NCBI GenBank assembly: GCA_004322205.1
Contig: SCSN01000004.1
Coordinates: forward strand, 1-36,939
Length of the DNA stretch: 36,939 nt
DNA from: Patescibacteria group bacterium
GTDB lineage: Bacteria > Patescibacteriota > Minisyncoccia > Phycocordibacterales > Zambryskibacteraceae
Direction of reading: 5' to 3'
Shown here: in pieces, positions 1-7,916 of the stretch
How positions within the stretch are numbered: position 1 is the first letter of the stretch
How the letters are laid out: each line of letters starts with the position of its first letter
Translations under genes and position numbers: made by a program
The notes under the pieces: model-generated
Databases searched by the model: none
The model's input: only the letters and a program-made list of their open reading frames with translations
What the model was told of the DNA's origin: nothing

Positions 1-70
1 TGGGCAGTTTCAGGAACGCAGGGTAGTCATTCCGAGGTAGGGCGAATGACGGGGTGAATGACTAGGTAAA

Positions 71-124
71 TCAGTCGGGATTTTGCTCAAAATGAGTCCG
101 AACAGTATCATACAAACACCACCA
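71..124 (-). mobile_element. Orphan 17-codon tail WWCLYDTVRTHFEQNPD*, putative integrase C-terminus/att scar (copy 1)
   Basis: Colinear with 1691-1744, 18797-18850 and 36903-36938; conserved at the peptide level; no upstream gene body. Confidence 0.55.
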
Positions 125-131
125 AATTTGA

Positions 132-188
132 TTTGCCGAAGAACTTGCGGGTGCGCTTGATGTTTCGGTAGATGAGTTGTTGAAATGA
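132..188 (+). pseudogene. 3' remnant of an XRE-family HTH regulator
   Basis: Frame reads FAEELAGALDVSVDELLK*, a typical HTH_3 C-terminal helix; its TGA overlaps the ATG at 185; in-frame stop at 129. Confidence 0.6.
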
Positions 189-1009
189 CCATGTTAGACT
201 CTAATTTTATAAATGAATGGCAAGAACTAATTGGGGCCGCGCTTGGCCCTTTTCTTGCCGTTATTCTTTCCGCTATTGGATTTTGGATAAAATCCGTTAT
301 TGAGGATAAGAAAGAGCGGAAAGAATTTTTACGGAGAATAGAAATTAGTCTCGCAAGAAGTCTCAATGATATTTTCACTGCTCGCGAACAGTTGAGATGG
401 TTTTCTAGCCGCGTAAAAAATCTTGCAGCTGAATCAAGATCAATAACAGACGACAAGGTCTTTTTCTTGAATCGGGTGAACTTTCCGACTATGCGCGAAA
501 TTTACCGAGATATTGATATGCCAAACTTCAAAGTCAAAAGTTATTATCTGCATAACAAGATAATGTGGGTTGACGCTGGCACAAAAGAAATGAACGAAGT
601 TGTGTTAAATCTAAAAAGTGACTTTGAAGATTTGATACGACAAAACGAATTGCTTGTTGCGGTAATGAGGAACAGCCCCAACCCGAAAATGCAACGAAGC
701 GCATACGAACAAAATCTAGAATCTTTTGCAAACGCAATAGATGACTTCACCTCAAAAAGTATGGGGCAAGGAATTGAGATAATGACGCAGGTCAAAATCT
801 ACAATGAGAAATTACGACGCAGAAATGGTCACTTGTTCTTATGGAAGCAAGAAGGAACAAAATTTAAGTTTTTCCGAAATAAAAAAGAGCAAAAGGCGTT
901 TGCAAGAAATCTCGATTCACTAGATCGGATTGATAAAGTTATAGAAAAGGAGGTGCAGAACGCAATAACGAACGCAGAAGATAGGGCTAAAAAGCTAGTA
1001 CATACATAA
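185..1009 (+). CDS. Hypothetical protein with N-terminal TM helix, helical body
   Basis: 274-aa AT-rich ORF; hydrophobic LIGAALGPFLAVILSAIGFWI. Confidence 0.8.
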   Translation: MTMLDSNFINEWQELIGAALGPFLAVILSAIGFWIKSVIEDKKERKEFLRRIEISLARSLNDIFTAREQLRWFSSRVKNLAAESRSITDDKVFFLNRVNFPTMREIYRDIDMPNFKVKSYYLHNKIMWVDAGTKEMNEVVLNLKSDFEDLIRQNELLVAVMRNSPNPKMQRSAYEQNLESFANAIDDFTSKSMGQGIEIMTQVKIYNEKLRRRNGHLFLWKQEGTKFKFFRNKKEQKAFARNLDSLDRIDKVIEKEVQNAITNAEDRAKKLVHT

Positions 1010-1119
1010 TTCAGCGGCGACTTGCCGATCATTGACTTTTATTGCGTAATGTGCTAAGCTGGTTGGCAATAAGCTAATCAGCTTATTTTGTACACCACAA
1101 CAGAAGAAAGGAGTGAGAC

Positions 1120-1491
1120 ATGGGACTAGACCTGACCTTGCTGCCCCTCCGGGGACCGCAACAGATGGGCGACACTTCGGTTCTCTGCCATGATCGTTTG
1201 AGCTTCGATCGAGACTACGAGATCTTCGGTCAACTCACGGATGTTGGCGAGGGCAACAAGCCGACAATCAAGGCGAACTCGATCCCGCCGCAGATGTGGG
1301 TCGAGACGTACGAGGACGAGGGCATCAAACGACGCCGCGACGACAAGTACGGCACCGAGCTGACGTTCGTCTACGCCGAGCGGCTCAAGAAGCTAAAGGT
1401 GTCGGACGACGCGTCGGCCAAGAACAAGGCGATCAAGGCCTTCGTCGAGGCGTTACCGAACGACACGCCCATCCTCCTGCTCTGGCGGTGA
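1120..1491 (+). CDS. Hypothetical protein (123 aa)
   Basis: SD AGAAAGGAG, TTGACT-17-TAAGCT promoter-like site upstream, terminator downstream, strong GC3 bias. Confidence 0.85.
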   Translation: MGLDLTLLPLRGPQQMGDTSVLCHDRLSFDRDYEIFGQLTDVGEGNKPTIKANSIPPQMWVETYEDEGIKRRRDDKYGTELTFVYAERLKKLKVSDDASAKNKAIKAFVEALPNDTPILLLWR

Positions 1492-1519
1492 GGATAAAAT
1501 GTCTCACCGCCCACAACAC

Positions 1520-1556
1520 AGGCGCACGACCTTCGGGTACGGCGCCTTTCTTTTTT
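1520..1556 (+). terminator. Intrinsic terminator
   Basis: AGGCGC...GCGCCT hairpin followed by a T-rich tract. Confidence 0.7.
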
Positions 1557-1599
1557 CACAAAAAATTTCTATACTAATTTTACTTGTCGCCGTCAAAAA

Positions 1600-1870
1600 A
1601 CTTGGAAGCCCAAGCGAGGGCGCGGCGGAAGGGGGGTGTGGGGGGAATTCCGCCGCGCCCGAGCGTCCCGCCGGAGCGAAGCGGAGGCGGTCAGTCAGGG
1701 TTCTCCGCAAAATGGGTTCTGACTTTTTCAAACAAACACCACAATTCAAAACTTTTCAACTTTTTCGCTGGGGACAAGACCGCATGCTCGCCGCTCTTCG
1801 GCCCGAAAGATTAACGGTGCTCCCTGTTTCGCCACGCGAGCCCAGGTGGGTTCGCTTTTCGTTTTGAAAA
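1600..1870. repeat. GC-rich palindromic island-edge element containing tail copy 2 (1691-1744, minus strand, LWCLFEKVRTHFAENPD*)
   Basis: GGGCGCGGCGGAA/TTCCGCCGCGCCC inverted repeat; ACGCGAGC...GGTTCGCT motif shared with ~36856-36880. Confidence 0.6.
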
Positions 1871-1871
1871 A

Positions 1872-2231
1872 TCACTTCTCGCTCCTCTTTTTATCAAATA
1901 ATACTTTGTAGCCGGCGAATTCCCTCGCAAGCATCCTCCCCACAACGGCAGTGTCGGGGGACGGTCCGAATTCGGTGCTCCAACCCCAGAGCTTGATTGT
2001 CTTTGCAATATGATTGAGAAGAATCTTACCGCCGCCCAGTGGAAAAATTTTTACATTCGGATCGGTCACCATAATTTCCTTTTCAAATTTTGCAAGAATA
2101 TCCCTATGGAAAGAAGAATCTGTGTCTGCGCGAAGAAAAAGAGTTCGTTTCCGGGAATCGTCAGTTACTTGAATCAAAAGATACTTCCGCCCCGGGCCTC
2201 TTATTGCCACAACGGGAATTTTAGATAGCAT
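1872..2231 (-). CDS. Janus/Ocnus (PHPT1-like) phosphohistidine phosphatase homolog
   Basis: Motifs IP-V-I...KYLLI-V, LR-x7-H-DI, LGGGKI, IKLWGWSTEFGP and F-GY-V match human PHPT1 in order and spacing. Confidence 0.8.
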   Translation of the reverse strand: MLSKIPVVAIRGPGRKYLLIQVTDDSRKRTLFLRADTDSSFHRDILAKFEKEIMVTDPNVKIFPLGGGKILLNHIAKTIKLWGWSTEFGPSPDTAVVGRMLAREFAGYKVLFDKKRSEK

Positions 2232-2234
2232 ACT

Positions 2235-3227
2235 TTACTTCTGCCAATGCGATTCGATATAAGAGTTGACTTCGCTTACCTTGAGGGGGGTAGTGGTATT
2301 GCCGGTGCGAATGTAGAACTCCTCCTCCCCGTTGGCGCGTACATAAGCCGGTTTCGGAGACGGCACCACCTCGATAAGACAGATATTCTTCTCCTCAATT
2401 CGCTCAAAAGATAGGTCAACGTACTGACGGAATTCCGCGCCGATAGTTGTCTTAAAAGCCTGATTGAAGTGATTCTCAAACCCGTCCTTATCCTTACGGA
2501 TAAGCGTTTTGATGTCATCTTCGAGTCCGGCAATACCACCGTTGTCAGAAACACCGACAATAAGGTTGCCGCCGTCAGAGTTGAGAAAAGCGGCAATGGT
2601 TTTCATGACCGAGCGCTCGAGGTCCTTATTGACTGCTTTGCGTTTGGTATCCCAGCGAAACGTTTGCTTGAACTCCAGTCGGCGGTTCTCGCCCTCGAGA
2701 ATCAAATCGAGAATGGAAAACTTTTTGCTCTCCGGCGGTTTGCGGCGGATTGCAAGATCAACTGTGTCCTTGACAATATTGGCGTAAATCTCCGCATTTT
2801 CAACACTTCTGATGCAGAGTGGCCTTTCCGAGACCAAAGTGTGAACAACAATTGTGCCGTAGTTAAGGAAAAATTCGAGAGGCGAGCGCTTGTATTCAAC
2901 GGAGGAGACATTCTTTAGCATGATGGAGTTCTCGCGATTGAACATCATACCCCAGCGGTGGACAATTTCTTTTTCCTTGATGCGATACTCCTCGCTGTGC
3001 CAGCGCAGAAACACCCCGAGGGTGACGAGCAATTGGAGAATTGAGGCGGCAATGACGAGAAAAATATCGTAGCGGATGAGCCTGCCGATAAAAGTTTGTC
3101 TGTAAAGCTGCTCGTAGTTGGCAATAAACGAAATGGCAAATAGAACGATGCTGATACCGACCTCCACTCCAATAATTCGGCGGATCAGGACGAGCGGACT
3201 CTGCCGTATCACCACAGGGTATCGCAT
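2235..3227 (-). CDS. Membrane protein: 2 TM + bacterial PH (bPH_2) domain + Schlafen/AlbA_2 domain
   Basis: EYRI...IVHRWG...I-L-NV-SV...LNYGTIVVHT (bPH_2); GENRRLEFKQT, IAAFLNSDGG-LIVGVSDNG, FYIRTGNTT (AlbA_2). Confidence 0.88.
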   Translation of the reverse strand: MRYPVVIRQSPLVLIRRIIGVEVGISIVLFAISFIANYEQLYRQTFIGRLIRYDIFLVIAASILQLLVTLGVFLRWHSEEYRIKEKEIVHRWGMMFNRENSIMLKNVSSVEYKRSPLEFFLNYGTIVVHTLVSERPLCIRSVENAEIYANIVKDTVDLAIRRKPPESKKFSILDLILEGENRRLEFKQTFRWDTKRKAVNKDLERSVMKTIAAFLNSDGGNLIVGVSDNGGIAGLEDDIKTLIRKDKDGFENHFNQAFKTTIGAEFRQYVDLSFERIEEKNICLIEVVPSPKPAYVRANGEEEFYIRTGNTTTPLKVSEVNSYIESHWQK

Positions 3228-3325
3228 GACATCATCATATCACCCCGAAAGAGGCTCCGCATCTGACGGGCCAGGCAGGCCTGCCGCCGGCAAGGCAGAG
3301 AAAACGCTCTCATGCGCTTGACGCT

Positions 3326-4315
3326 CTAGCCGCGGCGCAGAGCTAAATGAACAAGATGATCCAGAAAGTCAGGAAAAGACAGCTCTGCCACTTCCAGAGC
3401 CTTTGGAAGAAGTGATTTGGGCGTCAGGCCGGGTAGGGCGTTGGCCTCGATGAGATAGACCCCCCGCTTGGGGTGGATGATGAAATCGGCGTTGGAATAG
3501 TGCCGCAGTCCGAGCGCCCGGTGAACCTTCATCGCCCAATTCTGAATTTGCTCTTTTTCCTCACGAGAAAATTTGCTGGGACAGATTTTTTCCGTTTCCC
3601 CGACATATTTGGACTGGTAATCAAAAAAGTGTTTCCCCGGCGGCCGCACCACTTCTACTGGAAAAAGCGAATAAAGACTGCGGTCGGTGGCACTCTCGAC
3701 GACACTTGCCGTTGCCTCCCGTCCCGGAATATATTCCTCGATAAGCACATGCCCGCCGTGGCGGAAAGCTTCTTCGATCCCTAGCGCAAATTCAGGAAAA
3801 GTTCGAGCAACAGAAATACCAATGGAAGAGCCGCCGAAGAGCGGTTTAACAATTGAGGGCTGGGGAAAGGTCTTGAAGAGCTCGAGGGCGTTGCGGTGAG
3901 TGTTTGCAGAATGCGGCAAGACGGCGGAAACTGGCGTCTTGATCCCGTGATTTTCAAAAATCTGCTTAGACCGAGCTTTGTTCATTGAAAGCGCCGCCGA
4001 GAGCGCCCTTGAGCCGGTATAAGGAATCCCAAAATACTCGAGCTGGGTCTGGACTTTGCCGTCCTCGCCGTAGGCGCCGTGCAGAGCGTTGACTACCAAA
4101 TCCGCCTCGCGAAGTGCCCGCTCCGGCAAGAGAGTCACACCCCGAACATGCCAATCGCCGTCTTGGGAAATAAAAATGTCGAGCGGGACATACTTTTCCG
4201 GCAGATGCCGCAAAACTTGTGCCCCGCTCTGAAGCGAAACCTCGTATTCAGGAGAGGGGCCGCCGCGCAGCACTCCGACGCGGAGCTTGCCGCGGTTCAA
4301 GACATCGGTTGACAT
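3326..4315 (-). CDS. ddl: D-alanine--D-alanine ligase
   Basis: GGPSPEYEVSL, LHGAYGEDG, GSSIG, FDYQSKY, EANALPG; start set at ATG 4315 (MSTDV). Confidence 0.95.
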   Translation of the reverse strand: MSTDVLNRGKLRVGVLRGGPSPEYEVSLQSGAQVLRHLPEKYVPLDIFISQDGDWHVRGVTLLPERALREADLVVNALHGAYGEDGKVQTQLEYFGIPYTGSRALSAALSMNKARSKQIFENHGIKTPVSAVLPHSANTHRNALELFKTFPQPSIVKPLFGGSSIGISVARTFPEFALGIEEAFRHGGHVLIEEYIPGREATASVVESATDRSLYSLFPVEVVRPPGKHFFDYQSKYVGETEKICPSKFSREEKEQIQNWAMKVHRALGLRHYSNADFIIHPKRGVYLIEANALPGLTPKSLLPKALEVAELSFPDFLDHLVHLALRRG

Positions 4316-4341
4316 AACTTCATTGTATAAAAGCAAACTGT

Positions 4342-4509
4342 AAAACGAAAGCCGCCGAGGTGATTCGGCGGCCGGCAGACCTGGCAAGCGCTGGGATGAT
4401 CGCGGCAGAGGGACATTTACTCAATGAGAAATGTCTACTGCTGGTCTAACCTCCTTTCTTAGCGACCATGAGGGTTTCCATCGAGGGGTGTATCCAGCGC
4501 TTGCCTCTA
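4342..4509 (-). ncRNA. Unknown structured small RNA candidate 1
   Basis: TTGCGC-16-TAAAAT promoter (4542-4515); 12-bp closing stem 4494-4505/4383-4394; internal hairpins; terminator 4372-4342. Confidence 0.6.
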
Positions 4510-4531
4510 TTTTCATTTTACAAAACCCAGC

Positions 4532-5911
4532 CTAATGCGCAAGGCGGCCCTTTCTCATCCTTCGTCGGTGATAACTTACAGCAAAGCGGTGAGCCTCTGC
4601 ATTCACAAGCAGAATTTCTCTCGTATGATTCTCAATTATTCCTTTTTTTCCTAAAACCTCCTTCGGCCGATGTTTTTCATTTTTGACAACCGAGACAACT
4701 TCGATGTTGAAACCTCGCCCCGCAAGCACTTCTCGTGCAATGTTTCTCTGTGCCCCCCCTCCATCAACCACAATCACCTGCGGCAGAGGCCATTCTGCGT
4801 GACCGAGGCGCCGAACAAGCACTTCTTTTAGATTGGTAATATCGTCAATTGAGACTCTAAGCCTGCTCTGCCCGGTCGGCGGTCTGGTGCCGCGAATCTT
4901 AAACTTTCGGTATTCGCTTCCCTCTAACTCGCTGTTCTCGGCAACAACCATCACTCCCACTGTTTCCGCTCCGGCACTATGCGCAATGTCATAAGCTTCA
5001 ATCCGAAAGGAATCTTCGAGTTTCGCATTTCGATTCTCGAATTTCGTTCGCTTAAGCAACGAAACGTCCTGAATATGTTCGAGTGCGAAAATTTTCCGCC
5101 TTAGCTCATCCGCTTTCTCAAATTGAAGCGCTTTGGCAGCTTCTCTCATCTCTCGCTCGAGATTTTTTACAACTTCTCTTTTCTTACCGCTGAAAAAAAG
5201 GATGATATTCCGAATTGTCTTAGCGTAATCTTTTTGCGATATTTCGCCGGTACAAACTCCGGGACAAAGGCCAATTTGTCTATTGAAACAAGGTTTGGAA
5301 ACTTTTGTCTTTCCAGACACAGAAGTTATCCCAACATTCTCAAGTTTGTCAGTGTGTTGTTCTGATGACGGAGAGCATTTATCCCTAAAAGGGAAAATTT
5401 TGCGGATAATCTTGAGCGCTTCTTTGAGTTGGGCGCCATGGGGAAAAGGGCCCGCCACAAAATGAACAGCGAATGAGGAATAAGGAATGACGAGTAACTT
5501 TGTGGATTCATTCTTTATTCCCAATTCCTTATTCTTTATTCGGAAAAGTTCCTTTTGTCGCATTGTTAAAACTCTTGGGAACTTTTCCTTTATGATAACC
5601 ACATAGTTATAGCTTTTATCGTCTTTTTCGCGAACGTTATATGGCGGCTGGAACTTTTTTATGTAGTTGGCTTCGAGAATCAAAGCTTCCAGAACAGAAT
5701 CAGTTTGCTCACACTCAATCTTGTCAGCTTCTTGAACCATTTTGGCAATGCGAAGCCCCCGCACCATTGTCAAATCATTTGAAAAGTAGCTTTTAATACG
5801 ATCGTGAAGAGAGGTTGCTTTTCCGACGTATAGAATCTCCTTGCCAGTTTTAAAAAAGTAAACCCCCGGAGTGTCAGGCAGATCAAGTTTCCTCAAATCT
5901 TGACTGGTCAT
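4532..5911 (-). CDS. uvrC: Excinuclease ABC subunit C (short form, no C-terminal HhH domain)
   Basis: GIY-YIG (PGVY...YVGKA), Cys cluster, UVR domain, RIEAYDIAH, VDGG. Confidence 0.92.
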   Translation of the reverse strand: MTSQDLRKLDLPDTPGVYFFKTGKEILYVGKATSLHDRIKSYFSNDLTMVRGLRIAKMVQEADKIECEQTDSVLEALILEANYIKKFQPPYNVREKDDKSYNYVVIIKEKFPRVLTMRQKELFRIKNKELGIKNESTKLLVIPYSSFAVHFVAGPFPHGAQLKEALKIIRKIFPFRDKCSPSSEQHTDKLENVGITSVSGKTKVSKPCFNRQIGLCPGVCTGEISQKDYAKTIRNIILFFSGKKREVVKNLEREMREAAKALQFEKADELRRKIFALEHIQDVSLLKRTKFENRNAKLEDSFRIEAYDIAHSAGAETVGVMVVAENSELEGSEYRKFKIRGTRPPTGQSRLRVSIDDITNLKEVLVRRLGHAEWPLPQVIVVDGGGAQRNIAREVLAGRGFNIEVVSVVKNEKHRPKEVLGKKGIIENHTREILLVNAEAHRFAVSYHRRRMRKGRLAH

Positions 5912-5964
5912 CGCCTTCAAGATACGCTACGCGAGGAACGCACGCAAACTTCCAAGGAGGAGTT

Positions 5965-6192
5965 ATGAGCATCGACAATCGACCGCTGCCAGACGAGCAG
6001 GCCCGGACACTTTCGGATGACGCTCATCAGGTTTGCCGGGCCCTCAACGGGTATCTGTCGCCGGAAGTCAGAAGCGACTTCCGGGCAAGGTTGAATGAGC
6101 TTCAGGAACTCTGTCCAAACTACCCCCACACTGGTTCGTCGCCGGATATGGTAAACGACCAGTGCGAGATCTGCTGCGCCTACGCAAGCTAG
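5965..6192 (+). CDS. Small hypothetical protein with Cys/His-rich C-terminus
   Basis: SD AAGGAGGAG; UUCG-loop terminator immediately after the stop. Confidence 0.7.
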   Translation: MSIDNRPLPDEQARTLSDDAHQVCRALNGYLSPEVRSDFRARLNELQELCPNYPHTGSSPDMVNDQCEICCAYAS

Positions 6193-6213
6193 AGAGACCT
6201 TCGGGTCTCTTTT
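6193..6213 (+). terminator. Intrinsic terminator
   Basis: AGAGACC-TTCG-GGTCTCT-TTT. Confidence 0.75.
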
Positions 6214-6281
6214 CCTTTATATGAAATAACCCCGCCCCCACATTTTTCACATGTGAGGAGCGGGGCAACTGCTCCGAGCTT

Positions 6282-6533
6282 CTACTGAAGCCCCCGAGCT
6301 CGGAGGTTCTCTTCGGCACGCTTGCGGAGCTCACAGGTCGCGATGTCACCTCTTTCACCCTTCTCCGCCTTCCCTTTCCAGAGAAGCTCCGGGGGTATTT
6401 GGGTAGGTAGGATGATGCCGAGAGACTCTCGCCGCTGAAGGCGCGGAGCAGAGATCGTGTGAATCTCCATCTCGGGTCGAAGAGCATCCCGAAGCCGACC
6501 GATCAGACCGACCAGTGGATTTCGCATATTCAA
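6282..6533 (-). CDS. Small hypothetical protein
   Basis: SD GAGAGGAG, own promoter at 6610-6581, GC hairpin at ~6230-6266 downstream. Confidence 0.6.
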   Translation of the reverse strand: MNMRNPLVGLIGRLRDALRPEMEIHTISAPRLQRRESLGIILPTQIPPELLWKGKAEKGERGDIATCELRKRAEENLRARGLQ

Positions 6534-6580
6534 AGGTTCTCCTCTCCGTCCGGGTACCTACTCTTTCCGACTCTTTTTTT

Positions 6581-6676
6581 ATCATACAGCAAATAATACT
6601 CGATTGTCAATAGAGACAGGAATTGTGCACCACATTACCACACGTTCTTGACATAGTACATCTTTTTGTTTATAAT
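6581..6676. promoter_or_regulatory. Divergent sigma70 promoters
   Basis: Plus strand: TTGACA(6648)-17-TATAAT(6671), perfect consensus; minus strand: TTGACA(6610)-18-TATGAT(6586). Confidence 0.8.
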
Positions 6677-6723
6677 GTATCACGGAAAGTACCTTATAAT
6701 CTACCCTCTCAAGGAAGGGGTCA

Positions 6724-7860
6724 ATGACCGAGAAACGCGATATTATCAGGCTTGACCTGGTGGATGAGGATATCCGCCTGGTCATTGAAGAAGTTGTTCC
6801 CGAACTCCGCGAACCCCAGCAGCCGAAAGTTCTTGGCTTTTGGCAGGCCTTGAAGAAGTCGTGGCAGTTTTGGAACGATTTTGAAAGTAATGTCGCAGGA
6901 CCCGTCTCATTACTCGTCGCAGGACTCGTCGCAGGAGTCAGCGCAGTACTCGGCGCAGTACTCGGCGCAGGACTCGGCGCAGGACTCGTCGCAGGACTCG
7001 TCGCAGGACTCGTCGCAGGAGTCAGCGCAGTATTCGGCGCAGGACTCGGCGCAGGAGTCAGCGCAGTACTCGGCGCAGTACTCGGCGCAGGATTCGTCGC
7101 AGGATTCGTCGCAGGAGTCGTTGGCGGCGCAAGCGCCGCGGGTCTGGAGTTCGCTCTTGTTACCGGGCGCGCGCTTGTGCTGATGCGCCGATCAGCCCAA
7201 GAGGCCGCTAGGATCCCTGTCTCGCCGGCCCCGATACCCACCCTGGCCGAAGTCGAACGCCGCTTCATCTCTTATATGAGAAAAGAGGCGGGTGCTTGCG
7301 AAGGCGAGTTCGCTGGAGAATCCTCGTCTATTGAACGGCGAGCGGCGGAAATTCGGCGACAACTCAACGAGGCGAAAAAAGCCGAGGAGTATTTTCGGGC
7401 GAGGCGATCCGACGAGCCTGATGATACGAGGCTCGCCGCGGACTACGCCAAAGCCTGCCAGACAGTCAAGGATTTTGAGGCTGATCTTGCAGTGCTCAAG
7501 CGTACGCAGGAGGCGGCGCTCAAGCTCCTGCGCGAAGCCGACATTTTCCTGCCGCAAGAGGAGCGACGGGCCACCGACGAGGAATGGCGGATGCGCCTGT
7601 ATGAGCTCCGCGGCGAGGCTGATCGCGGTCCAGCCGTAACCCGCGAGGTGATCGCGGCCGCCGTGCGGCCGATCGCCGAGCGTCTTGTGCCGCTCGCTCA
7701 AGCGCGCGAACACGTTCGGCTCATGGCCACCGCCGCGCTCACCGGCCCAGGTGCCTTGAGCCGGCTCGAAGCTGAAGCTTCCTCGGCCGGCCGCACCTTG
7801 AGCCAGCTGGCTCGTATTAGTTCCGCGGCCAGCCGCCTTGCCGAGGAGGATGGAGAGTAA
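6724..7860 (+). CDS. Glycine-zipper-like membrane protein with C-terminal coiled coil
   Basis: SD AAGGAAGGGG; about 80-aa hydrophobic AGLV/AVLG repeat; charged helical C-terminus; terminator downstream. Confidence 0.8.
   Translation: MTEKRDIIRLDLVDEDIRLVIEEVVPELREPQQPKVLGFWQALKKSWQFWNDFESNVAGPVSLLVAGLVAGVSAVLGAVLGAGLGAGLVAGLVAGLVAGVSAVFGAGLGAGVSAVLGAVLGAGFVAGFVAGVVGGASAAGLEFALVTGRALVLMRRSAQEAARIPVSPAPIPTLAEVERRFISYMRKEAGACEGEFAGESSSIERRAAEIRRQLNEAKKAEEYFRARRSDEPDDTRLAADYAKACQTVKDFEADLAVLKRTQEAALKLLREADIFLPQEERRATDEEWRMRLYELRGEADRGPAVTREVIAAAVRPIAERLVPLAQAREHVRLMATAALTGPGALSRLEAEASSAGRTLSQLARISSAASRLAEEDGE
6895..7122 (+). repeat. 19 x 12-bp coding minisatellite
   Basis: Units GCAGGACTCGTC, GCAGGACTCGGC, GCAGGAGTCAGC, GCAGTACTCGGC and variants, with no spacers. 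Confidence 0.95.
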
Positions 7861-7872
7861 TTGTTCCTTAAC

Positions 7873-7915
7873 CGGGCCCCGACAGTTTATCTGTCGGGGC
7901 CCGAACTCTTTTATT
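7873..7915 (+). terminator. Intrinsic terminator between convergent genes
   Basis: Perfect 13-bp stem CGGGCCCCGACAG/CTGTCGGGGCCCG followed by a T-rich tail. Confidence 0.8.
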
Positions 7916-7916
7916 T

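Noticed and set aside
1499-1867. ORFs of 76-122 aa over the GC-rich element
   Set aside because: No SD or protein-like composition; they cross a terminator and palindromes.
6895-7122. Possible CRISPR array
   Set aside because: 12-bp units with no unique spacers, in frame within a CDS, and no cas genes in the window.
6582-7268. Antisense and alternate-frame ORFs (PAT/PAPS and SQDS repeats)
   Set aside because: Shadows of the stop-free minisatellite; promoter, SD and terminator support 6724-7860.
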